From Marsupella aquatica (Eukaryota; Plantae; Marchantiophyta): 64,000 bases of DNA. The stretch is taken from the NCBI GenBank assembly GCA_973895155.1, contig OZ316897.1:15065375-15129374 (forward strand), in the 5' to 3' direction. The translations under genes and the position numbers were made by a program. The notes under the pieces were generated by a model. That model saw only the letters and a list, made by a program, of their open reading frames with translations. It ran no database searches and was not told where the DNA came from. Shown here piece by piece: positions 13,740 to 24,900 of this stretch. Positions within the stretch are counted from its first letter, which is position 1; the number at the start of each line of letters is the position of its first letter.

Positions 13740-14470
13740 TGGGTTCAATGCTCACTCCACACATAAAGGGTGTGAAGGGTATGTGTGTGTGGGTTGGATG
13801 TAGTGGTGGGAGTATTGATTATCTTATCTATATCCTCTCCTTAGCCTTGGTTGCTCACTTTGGGTTCTGGTTTAATCCTCTCTCCCTCTTGGTCTGGGTC
13901 CCTTGTGGGATCCCTAGATATTGTCCCCTTATGGCTGCCCTACAGAAAAATGCATCCTCCAAAGCATGACGTCCATCCGTTATTGGATATCCCTAGGTAT
14001 TGTCCCGTGGTGGCTTCCTTACATGGAAATGCATGCTCCAAAGCAGGATGTCCATCCTTTATTAGATGGGCCTAGGTATTGTCTCGTCCATCCGTTATTG
14101 GATATCTCTAGGTATTGTCCCCTTGTGGCTTCCTTACATGGAAATGCATGTTCCAAAGCAAGATGTCCATCCTTTATTAGATGGGCCTAGGTAGTGTCTC
14201 GTCCATCCGTTATTGGATATCTCTAGGTATTGTCCCCTTGTGGCTTCCTTACATGGAAATGCATGCTCCAAAGCAGGACGTCCATCCTTTATTAGATGGG
14301 CCTAGGTATTGTCCCGTCCATCCGTTATTGGATATCCCTAGGTATTGTCCCCTTGTGGCTTCCTTACATGGAAATGCATCCTCCAAAGCAGGACGTCTAT
14401 CCTTTATTGGATGGGCCTGCTTCCGGTTTTCAAGGCTTAAAAATGATAAGAAAGAGGAGAAGAAAAACAA
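13740..14470. repeat. Interspersed repeat, copy 1, containing an internal ~120 bp tandem array (~4 units, 13910-14420)
   Basis: Unit 'gtccatccgttattggatatc.ctaggtattgtcccc.tgtggcttccttacatggaaatgcatgctccaaagcagga.gtccatccttttattagatgggcctaggt' is repeated with few substitutions. Confidence 0.85.
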
Positions 14471-14899
14471 GATGGAAAGTGAAGAGAAGGAACTTGTGTT
14501 GAGGGGGAACTAGTATTTCCACACTTTGGAGCCCAATTCAAGGCAAATATGCATGCCTAGAGTAGGGCATCTCATAAACAAAAAAAAACTGGCACCTCAC
14601 AGGAGGCCCGTGAGGCCGCTGGGAGCACCGTAGCAGGGGTACAAACGGACAATTATTTTTGGGGGTACGGAAAAATGAGTGGACTCATGACACATTGAAT
14701 GCTATGCTATTGTGTTTACTGTGAAATTGGGGCCTTTTACGGTCCCAAGTGTGACTGGTTGGTCCTCACAATTGGTGCCCGATCAGTCATGATTGTTGTC
14801 CCAAACCACAACACTTCCGGGCACAATCAAAGCAGAAAAATGGACATATTTGAGATGCACTATTGAAGACAGCTGCTCTCGATATCATTGAATTGAGAG

Positions 14900-15460
14900 A
14901 AGGTGTTCAATCCACACTTCACATGCAAGCAAGGGGTGTGGAGGGTATATGTGTGGGGGTGGAATATAGTGGTGGAAGTATTGGTTTCTCCTTGGCCCCA
15001 AGTGGCTTTGGGAGGGTATGTTTGTGGGGGTGAGGTGTAGTGGCAAGAGTACTGGTTTCTTGTACATAACATAGTTAGAAAAACATGTTTGTTTGTTTTA
15101 GTCTCTTTTCTAAAGACAGGACCTCAAAGGCCGGAGAGTTTGCAGCCGTTGCCCTCGGTTCTGCACTTTGTATAGCATAAGCCCCGCCGGACGAGGATTC
15201 TCCCAAATATCCTCAATGAGTACTCTTATGCCATGTGTGAAGTTGAGGGCCGGGAAACATTGGGCCACTCATGTGCGAGTTACCTCTTAGCACTCTCTCC
15301 ATTCTGGTTTGGGTCTGTGCTGGATTGTTGGGTATGGTCCCTAGTGACTACCCTACAGAGGCGCATGCTCTGGAGTATATCTCCTTAATAGATATTGTAT
15401 CCTTTGGGTAGGCCTGATTTAGTCCCAAGGCAACATAAGAAACCGAGAGAAGAACAGGCC
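14900..15460. repeat. Interspersed repeat, copy 2 (diverged homologue of 13740-14470 with a single unit)
   Basis: Shares the start 'gttcaat...cac...gggtgtg.agggtat.tgtgtg.gg...gga..tagtggtgg.agtattg', the middle 'ctctctcc..t.ggt.tgggtc...ccctacaga...gcat' and a purine-rich end with copy 1. Confidence 0.6.
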
Positions 15461-15808
15461 AATGGCTCTAGCCCGCCCGCAATATGTGCAACTGGCCTCC
15501 CAGTCAGGTGTAAAGCCCCCTTTGTATTTTACTTAAATTGAAGCCCAGATGGATCACATTGCCTCAACTGTTGAACTGTCACAATCAAAATCCTATATCT
15601 CATCTTGACATACTTGCATGAACATGCATCCATAGATGACACCAACGGAACAACCACGCTTGTTACCTCATGGCTGGGTATTGTTGCACACCCTTGCCTC
15701 TAGGTCTCAACTCCTGTCACAACATCAATGATAAATGGCCACAACAAATGCATGGCCATGATGACAACATGTCCGAGATCATGACCGTGTGGTGGCAACT
15801 ACACTTAA

Positions 15809-16162
15809 TGTTAGGTTATGCCTCTAGTATAACCTATATACTTCCATAGTACTATTTAGACTTCACTATACTAGGATAGCACTAGTTTGAGTTCCAGGTT
15901 CCCATAGACCATGGGAGGGGGTATACCCAAGGGGAACACAAACTTGTGCTCACATTTGAAGGTTCACTCTTCAAGAGACAGAGTGAGAGGAGGAGCTCTA
16001 GCACGTTGGCTATGGTGGATGTAATCGGTGTATATTATTAGATTTCTCTCACGGCCATGGACGTAGCCCAGACGGGGTGAACCACGTACTTTCAGTGTCA
16101 AAGTCTATGGATGTTGTTCACATGTTGACGCAGTCTCGTTTGGTCTAGATCATATCCCAACA
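15809..16162 (+). mobile_element. Solo LTR of a Ty1/copia-type retrotransposon (~354 bp)
   Basis: Termini TGTTAGG...CCCAACA (TG..CA, imperfect inverted repeat). Internal 'ggacgtagccc...ggtgaaccacgta' motif typical of plant copia LTRs. No PBS, PPT or internal ORF adjacent. The target duplication is only approximate (acttaa / acttc). Confidence 0.65.
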
Positions 16163-16877
16163 ACTTCCTGCCTCTGCGTTTTGTTTGTCTTGTCTCAATA
16201 TCATTTGTGCAATGCATGGGCATCAGGCTTTGGAAATAAGTAGATTTCTCAATTCTCAATGAAATTTGACTTTATTAGACTCAATGTAGATATATTATCA
16301 AGCCATTTCTATGTAACCAAATCAAATTAGATTCCATTTATATGAGGTGAGAACATCAATGTCAACTTAAGTTAGATGCTCAAAAAATTTAGAATGGGCA
16401 AAGTGTGGACAGTGAATGATGAATTAATCTTTAAAAATTCACAACTCTCTCAATTCTTGATGAAAACCACAGATATTCTAGTGGTTGGAAAGATAGTTCC
16501 AAGCCTCTTCAAACCATCCCAAGATTAGCCAATTCCATTGGATCTCAAGGGAGATATTGAAGGTCAAACTTTAGTGTCCAAAACTCTTTAGAAACTCCAA
16601 GGGTGTGTCAATGAGTGGTGTAAACAAAAAGGGTGTCACTATTTTGGGTCCATCTGGGTTGCATGGTTCAAGGGCTCGGTCCATGGGAGCATCATTTTCT
16701 TACTATGCTCCTTTTATAGTTTGCCTTTTTGCCCACTTTGCTGCTTTGGAGTAATTAAAGTGGGTGGGTTGTAAGATCCCACCCATGCAAGCAGAGTGTA
16801 AAAAGCGTCAGTGCATTATTCCTGCAACAATTACACGCGTGGCAAAGCTTCAAATCTGCCACCATGATTGTCCATTC

Positions 16878-16925
16878 GGTAGGAGGAGCGGGCCAACCTG
16901 CGGTAGGAGGAGTGGACCAACCTGC
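16878..16925. repeat. 24 bp tandem duplication
   Basis: 'ggtaggaggag(c/t)gg(g/a)ccaacctgc' occurs twice. Confidence 0.85.
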
Positions 16926-17209
16926 CGTAGCCAAGTGGAACTCAATCGAATCCAGAATTCGTTTAATAATGAGCAGTTTCTGGGCTTCCCCAAGCACCCA
17001 ACACCACAAGTAGAAGAGCTGGCAAGCGCAGAGTACAATCTCATCGATCGATCGATCACTCTAAGGTGAGGCCGGGGTGAAGGAATTCGTGTCTTCTGCT
17101 GCTACTGAAGCGGGGAGGACCACAATGTCAACAGGATCCCAGGGCTCCAAGATGGAGCTTGCCACGACTCACAATGCCGAAATCGGAGGCAGTGGATTCC
17201 ATTGCGCGT

Positions 17210-17810
17210 ATGTTGGCTGAATTGTGATTTGGGGCCATGCGCCTGAGCTCTAATTCGATTTTTGTACTGCTACAGAAGTTAGAGTGCACCGATTTGAAGT
17301 TGTTTCTCTGCTTAATTGGGCCCCAAGAGTCGTAACACTTCTGTAGTATTTGAAGAATCTGCAATGAACAAAATTTTGTGTGCGTCCTAAGTTTTGGCAT
17401 CGTCGAGGAGATGTACGGGGTGTCCGAGAGAGCAGCAGAGCGTGCTCGAGGTTATTTCCGATGGGTTTAATGGTGTGCATGTGTTGGGAGAATTTGATTT
17501 TGATATAATTGGTTGGGGCCGACGGCTTGCGCTGCGCTCGAATCCCAATTTGTACTGGTGGTTAGAGTACAACGATTTGAGGTTTCTTTTCTTGCTTTGA
17601 TTGGTGGGAGTGGACAGTGGGCCATCGATCTTCCCTTTTGTGCCCAGAGAGTCATCATGATAGTGTCGGAACACGTTGTTGTATGAAGTCTTAAGAAATG
17701 GATAATTTTTGCGTACTGCCAAAATTTTACACATCCTGGAGGACAAGTAAGTGGGCATCCCAGAGAGCAGTAGTGCAGAGCTCGAAGTTATTTCAATTGG
17801 TTCAAGGCAG
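17210..17810. repeat. Old diverged tandem duplication (~270-330 bp units)
   Basis: Both halves contain 'ttggggcc...ttgtactg...gttagagt.ca.cgatttga.gtt' and end in 'gagagcag.ag...g.gctcga.gttatttc.at.ggtt.aa.g'. Confidence 0.65.
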
Positions 17811-18110
17811 CCTCGGGGGATGCAGGCCATATAACAGATTGTCATTGTTTCTAATGTTCACAAGTAGCTTCACAGTAGCTTGGGGAGTGAAGAAGAGACA
17901 TATGGAAGTAATGAGCGAGTTTAGACTGATGGTTGAAACTTGCACAAAGCTCAGCTGAATGGAAATTTGCTACATTGAAGGGGTAAGGATAGAACCTAGA
18001 CCCACTAGAAGAGTTCCAAATTTTCCTAAAAATGATGAGTGACCCGTTTAAAATCTGGTTTGGCTTTCTCAGCTCCCATTGCCTCATGTACTAACTGCAA
18101 GTTTGTGTCA

Positions 18111-19903
18111 GTCATAGACGAGAGCAACATGCTTTATTGCAGAGAAGCAATGTCGAGAGTCCTTGCACAAGAACATTATCCCTGGGTCAGCTTTATATAG
18201 TGAGGGTCGAGTCAGAAGAGGGAGCTAAAATTGCAATGAAAAATTTACCAACCCATATGCATTTCGAGAGGATGACCTCTGTAAACTTGTGTTTGGAAAC
18301 CATACCAGGGCTTGACCACATCGATCTGCCTGTGGATGGTTGCGTAGGTTTCAGTCTCAAGCTTTTGATGGGCTCAGGGCAGTTTCCTCTACGCACCCTG
18401 ATGACATTCAACAATGTGGAGTTTTCGATGGTGACCAAGACAGTGCCAGGCTCATTGGAACTGAGTTTGTTGTTTCTGAGAAGATTTTAAGAATGTTGCC
18501 TGAGGACGAAAAGGTGCTGTGGCATTCCCATAATGCCGAAGTTGAGCATGGTTCACTGTCCTCACCTGGAACTCTTGAGGTTGTCTACGAGGGCCTTTGT
18601 TTTCTTTCTTGATGCCATCAATTCTTAGGTCGAATGTCTACCTGAAGTCATATCAAACCTGAAGAATTCAGTCCCTAAGAAGTCCGGGATTTGTGTGAAC
18701 TGGAGAATTGGCACGGCATGCTTGCGCCTACGAAGAAGCGAGTGATAGTCTGTTTTACCCATGAATTAGTTTACTCTTCTTTGTTCGACACATCATGCTT
18801 CAAATTTGAGTTTAATGTGCATAGTGAGGATAGAGAGCCTGTAGGCACCAGAAGCAGGCCAACCGTATCATGAATAAAAAATTGCTCTTTTGAGATTGAG
18901 TTGGGATGTGGAAAAGCAGTTAAACCATGCAATGGAGGAGTCGAACATTGACCTTTGTTGTTGATGTACTCATAGGTTGCAAATACATACGGAAGGGTGA
19001 TTAGATCATTGGAGAACAACAGTAAATATCTCTTACCGCATGCGCTATCAAAATTGCTGACAACCTTCTCAGATCCAGGTCAGCTGGACGCTGGGCCGAC
19101 ACGGGCCAAACCTTTGATCCTTTAACTGTTTGTATTTCTCTCGCGAATTTCAAATCTATCAATTGAATAAGTTGGAGTTGAGTTCAAGGATGAATGATTA
19201 TGGAATTCAGGCAAGAATACAATCTGGAAGTCCACTGTCATCCTTTCCTCAGGTTTTCAGTTTCAAAAGGGCACTTTATAAAGTTTGACTGCAGGGTCGG
19301 AGAAACATCATGCGGCGTTTCTGGAGGATGAGGGGGAAGAGCCAACCAGTCCAGACGAGGAAACGGTGGAAATTGCCGCTGACAGTGCACCACATCACGT
19401 TGAAAATGACAATGACAACGAGGTAACTTCTAAATGTCATCCACGGATATTCAATTTTGGGCACGATTCTTTGTACCGAGTGATTGGTGTATGAGGGGCC
19501 AGTGTTCTGAGAACCGTGAAGCCTCATATCTCTGACCGGTCTGTGTTTATTAATCAAGATCCCATATACGTTCCATAACCATTATGGCATAGAGAAGCCA
19601 TGCGAGGTTTAAAAGTGGGAATTCGCAGTCATGCTGGAATTCGCAGTCATGCTGGTAGTTCAGGTGCTGGTTGAGATGGATAATGATGAACTAAATTACT
19701 GTTATCTACGGAGCTAGAAATGAGACATAATCTACGCACCCACTTGCTTCTACGTGGTGATTGTGTCTATGCAGGACGAGTATTTGAATGATGCAGTACA
19801 TCGCCCTGTGGTCCATCATAAACCAAGCCATCTGCCAGCTATGACGGGTCGTTTGCCAGATGATGGTCAATTTCTGACGGAAACACGATCCACCGGATTT
19901 TAG
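18111..19903 (+). pseudogene. Oil-body-associated protein (OBAP / DUF1264) homologue, apparently disrupted
   Basis: Segment 18400-18570 reads DDIQQCGVFDGDQDSARLIGTEFVVSEKILRMLPEDEKVLWHSHNAEVEHGSLSSPG, matching the DUF1264 core QC.IYD....ARLIG.EY.VSE..F..LP..EK.LWH.H..EV..G....PG. The upstream part is in another frame and a stop follows at 18612. Two clean AG/GT-bounded in-phase exons lie downstream (19295-19422 and 19775-19903 ending TAG). Confidence 0.7.
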
Positions 19904-20999
19904 ATGTTCCTTCCTCTACATTTGACCGTCACCCTGAACAGTCACCATGAATCTTATCAACAAAATGTAATTAAGTATAGAATGGATTCACCAGCTGTCA
20001 GAGTTCTCCCAGAAGGAGGCGAAAGAAAGTCGCCAGACGCAGGCAAGAGAGCTTGCCAAAAGTTAAGGATAGGATAGAGTGTGGATTCCACGTTCTATTC
20101 ATTCAGAATTTGCATCCACTTTTGTGTTGTACACTTAAATTATATCACCTGTGAATTCATCCAATTTGTGATGTTGCTCCCACTGTCAAATCTTCGCGTT
20201 TGCCGCCAAAGGTTAAATCACTTTTCAAGGAAGAAGCGTAATCGACTCATTGACAGCTCGAGTTCTTTCGTCTCACTTTGTCATATTGTAGATGAGGACC
20301 TCTTTGCCTTTTGATTGGAAATTTGCGCGTCACAGTACAATTCAATGTACAACTATAATAAGCAATTCCCCCTTTTATCATTCTTCATCCCAATACAAAA
20401 AAACTCTTGGGCTCGAAATATCCATTCCATTGGCATTGATGGAGAAAATGTGCAACACCTGCACATATGTGCTTCTTGTTCCTTGTTCCCCCATAAATGC
20501 CCCAGCCCTATTCCCTATGGGCTGGTCCTCTTTGCATCATGCAATGCACACGCATAGGGCTCGCACTGCATAAAATGACCAGGCCTGTGATCGAAGGGGT
20601 CGATCACAAAGGCTGAACCATTATACAACTTCTAGATGTGTTAAGTAAATGGTTGTATTATTTTGCGTTTGATTTTACGGATGAAAATATTTCAGATATG
20701 ACTATGACATTTTTCAAGTATTCCTGAAAAACCAGGAGTTATCTTGAATTAAGTTCAAGTGAATGATGCATCATGAAAAATAATTCTTCTATCTTTGTGT
20801 AGGGGTTCTTTACATCAAAACATTTGTTAACTCATGCTCTAACAAAGTCTTTTGTGGTTCACTCAACTTTGGAATCAAATTGACTAATTAGAGAGTGACA
20901 CAGAGTGAACTCACATTTGATAAAATTTGAAGTTTTCACTCCACTTTATTGTATTTTGTGATCTTTCAATTTTATATGAAATCTGACCACTTGGCATAC

Positions 21000-21530
21000 A
21001 AGCACCAGAACCCACAAAGCTTAGTTCAGCCAATAAATAAATAATGTAAGGAAGCTTCACCCTGAGTCCACCTAAATCCCGCGTCCCGTATGCATACGAT
21101 ATGGGGAAGCGAACCCCACTAGTCCCAAGCACCATACTTCTGTCTCACAACAATAGTTGTACACAGGAGGTATAAATAAGTTAAGCCAATCAAAATGATA
21201 GTGAAGAGTAGATCCTGAGATGCTCCCCCAAAAAATGGCCAGACAAATATATATAAGGTACGAATCCGAAGATGCCCCAACCAAAAGCTCAGATAAATAA
21301 ATAGATAAATAAATGAAGAAATAAGGTGGTAAGGAACATTCAGCCTGGGTCCACCCAAATCCCGCGTCCCGTATGCATACCATATGGGAAAGCGAAGTGA
21401 GTACCAGTGCTACGCTGGACCCCACTACTCCGAAGCACCATACTCGGGCCTCACAACAAACGCTCTCCAGAGGAGGTATAAATAAGTGAAGCCCATCAGA
21501 ATGATAGTGAAGAGTCTTCTCCGAGAAGCT
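21000..21530 (+). promoter_or_regulatory. Tandemly duplicated putative core promoter upstream of XPB (two TATAAATAAG boxes)
   Basis: 21061-21221 aligns with 21344-21526 ('cctg.gtccacc.aaatcccgcgtcccgtatgcatac.atatggg.aagcgaa...ggaggtataaataagt.aagcc.atca.aatgatagtgaagagt'). TATA boxes at 21171 and 21477. Confidence 0.6.
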
Positions 21531-21931
21531 CGAGGCAAAGGCAAAGCAAGGGCAGAGCGGAGCCAAGCGTACGTAAATCTTCTCTTGCTCATCGTCTCCT
21601 GTGGGACTTTGAGCGGAAGAAGGGCCCCAAATCTGCGCCCTGTGGAGTTGTGTTTGAGCTACTGTATCACATTTACTAGCACGGATCCGAAGTGTTGGAG
21701 AAAGGGCGCTCAGTTCTCTTTGCTTGCTCAGCTCTGTTAGGATTCTGAGCTCAAGAAGGGAAGCGAATCTGCCGGTCCCGGCCCACCAGCAGCTGTGTGG
21801 GATTTTGGGTCGAGTTGTAAAGGAACGAAATCGCATTTGCTTGCACGGAACTGATGATGAGTTGAAGGGGAGTCGGCTCTCAGCTCTTCCTGTGCTTGAG
21901 AGGCAAGCGAGAAGGAAAGAAGGTGTCCACG

Positions 21932-24900
21932 ATGAAGTCTGGTAAGAACAGACAAAAGACAGAGGAAGATGGTGAAAATGAGAAGAACGACGTTGGGAAT
22001 GTTTAGAGGAAGAGCGGAAAGAGAAATGTAGAGAAGTTTTCGTTCGGTTAGCTGGCAACCGAGAATTTAGACTGGATTGGGACTGCAATCAATGATATGA
22101 ATTGTTCAGTCAAAAGTTCATCGGTGTAGCGAGTGAGGGTGTTTTGTTATCTGTACATGTACTGGCGTAGCTGAGATTGGATTGGATCCGCTTGCTGGCA
22201 GCAACCATGCTTGACCGCTGTGTGATGAGGGTCAAAGAGTTTGGATTACCGAATTTGTGGTCAAAGCTTGGCGAATCGAATTTACTGAACTCAGCCTTTG
22301 TATTAATTCACTTTTCATTCCTTTTTCTTCTTTCTCAGGAGACGGAACAAGCCGACCTAGCAAAAGACCTAAAAAGTCGTCCACCAGAAAGGTACGTATT
22401 TGTGTGGATGCGGCTCGAACTGGAATTGAGTGGCCCCAAAAGCTTCAGTGGAGAGATCTAGCGATTGAGCTTGGAATTCTGTTTCAAATTGTGAACCTTT
22501 GTATCCCCGCTCCAGGAAGATAAAGCTTACGAACCAGCTGAGGACGTGGATGGGGAGGAAGAAGAATATTTTGAGGAGATTATCACAGAACAGGAAGGTT
22601 TGTTAGCGATTCACAATTCGCAATGCAATCAAAATTATGCGATTTATAACTGAAGGCATTGTGGAGATCAAAAAGTTGAAAGTTCTAGGTGGTTGAAGGA
22701 AATCAAACGGAGATTTACGGGTAATTCGTCTGGTTTTGCTCATGCGGCAATGTCACGTTGTCTGTCCAGAGAAAGTAGAGAGAAGGGACTTCACGAAGCT
22801 TGAGCTGAAGGCGGACCACATGAATCGCCCACTATGGGTGTGTGCTGATGGTCACATCTTTTTAGAAACGTTTTCTCAGCTGTACAAGCAGGCATACGAC
22901 TTCCTTATCGCAATCTCAGAGCCAGTTTGCAGGTCTTGTTTTCGCTTCAACGCCTTGCCTGGGAAATTCTCAAATATCGCTTATTTCTATAATTAAATTT
23001 CTCGGCAAACAAGGGCTTGTTACCCAAATTGTCTTTCATGTTAGGGACGTTGTGAAGCCTCCGGCACTAAACTATTTCTGTTCACAGATACGTTGAAAAA
23101 TCTGAATTTTATAAAATTCACGACAGCCAATAATTTAGTAGGAGGTGATTGACATTTTTAGGGATTCTGGCGCTTCCATAACTCTGATGTGATGGTTAAC
23201 AGCTATCTTGGATAGTTGCGTTAATGCTGACATTACTCATATATTCGTAAATTGGGATTATGATGTCCCTACTGTTGCGTACTAACTACAGACGTGTGCA
23301 TTTGTGTCTGCAGGCCTGAGTCGATGCATGAATACAACTTGACACCGCATTCCTTGTATGCTGCAGTCTCAGTAGGTCTAGAAACAGAGACCATCATTAA
23401 TGTCCTGGACAGACTCTCCAAAACAAAACTTGCTAGTGAAATCCTTAACTTTATTCGAGCCTCCACTCTAAACTATGGAAAGGTGAAGCTTGTCTTACAG
23501 AAGAACCGATATTTTGTGGAATCACCTCATCCAGAGGTAACTCCTGTGATCCACGAACTGAATCTCTCTTCCCTGTCAATATGTAGAACGGTGGCTCATG
23601 CTTCTTGTCATCAAGGAGTACATGGATATTGCCGCCACGTGCTTACTCGTATTTGGTTATGGCAGTGCAGGTTCTTTCAAAGCTCCTTAAAGATGACGTC
23701 ATAGCCCGGGCAAGGATACTTGGTGAGGTGAGTAAGCGAAACTTCAGAGCTAAGTATGCAGGTTAATCGTACCAGTCCCTGTTGATGTTACAGGATTGAC
23801 ATGCTGCACTTGTTGATTTTAAATTTACGGCTGGTATGCTTTTGCACATGGCAGGCTGGTTCAAAAGATGCTCAGTCGTTCACGGTCAGTAAGGCTCCAC
23901 TAGATTCTGCCGCTGCCAACCAAGAACTTCTTGCAGCTGATGAGATTGCTGCAGCTGCTGAGGAGAAAGATATGCATTCATTTGAGATCGACCCTGCCCA
24001 GGTAATATTCTCGCAAGTGACGTGGGAGTAAATGACAGGAGTATCTTCTGTGAGTTAGCGTCTCAAATTTTGGTTTTTCCTTCACCTTGAGGGCAGTAAT
24101 TCCCTTTTAAAAGGAAGTATTCGTTCCTTTAGGTGGACAGGTTTTGTGAAATAACAAAAGGGGATCATTTGTTCAGGTGGAGCATGTAAAACAGCGATGC
24201 CTCCCAAATGCTCTCAACTATCCAATGCTCGAGGAATACGATTTCAGGAATGATACTGTAAGTCTTCGCGCACTACCCATAGTAGTAACATCAAACCAAA
24301 CAGTCTGGTTGTTACTTCTCAAGCTATTCTTGTGTGGACATTCAATTATGCCAGAATTAATTGTAAACTTGAATGCCCATCTGCACTCGAAGATGGTCTG
24401 CATGCTAATGAGAAATACTCTCTATTGACAACGGTGGTTATTAATGACGCAGATTAATGCAGATGTAGCGATGGAATTGAAACCTCAGGCACAGCCTAGA
24501 CCATACCAAGAAAAAAGTCTCAGCAAGATGTTTGGAAATGGTGATTCTACCTGTGGTTTCTTTCGAGTCGTAGTATGTTCTAGAACGATGGCTAATGAAT
24601 GTTGGTCTTGTACCTTGTCACCTGAAATGTGCGATTACACGTTTGAGTAGGATAGCATTCAAGCAGCCTTTTGCCAATGTTTCTAAAGATTTCCCCTTAT
24701 TTTTGCAGGGCGTGCAAGATCTGGGATTATTGTGCTTCCATGTGGTGCGGGAAAGTCATTGGTGGGGGTTTCAGCAGCTTGTCGTATTAAAAAGAGTTGT
24801 CTATGTTTGGCAACGAATGCAGTGTCAGTTGATCAATGGGCATTTCAGTTCAAATTGTGGTCTACAATCAGAGATGATCAGATTTCACGCTTCACTTCTG

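Noticed and set aside
13910-14420. CRISPR-like array or coding repeats (ORFs 13851-14513)
   Set aside because: The units are contiguous with no unique spacers, the context is eukaryotic, and the ORFs are by-products of the tandem repeat.
21072-22088. 338-aa minus-strand ORF
   Set aside because: It starts at TTG, is antisense to the XPB promoter, 5' UTR and first exon, has no recognisable domain, and its internal repeat simply mirrors the promoter duplication.
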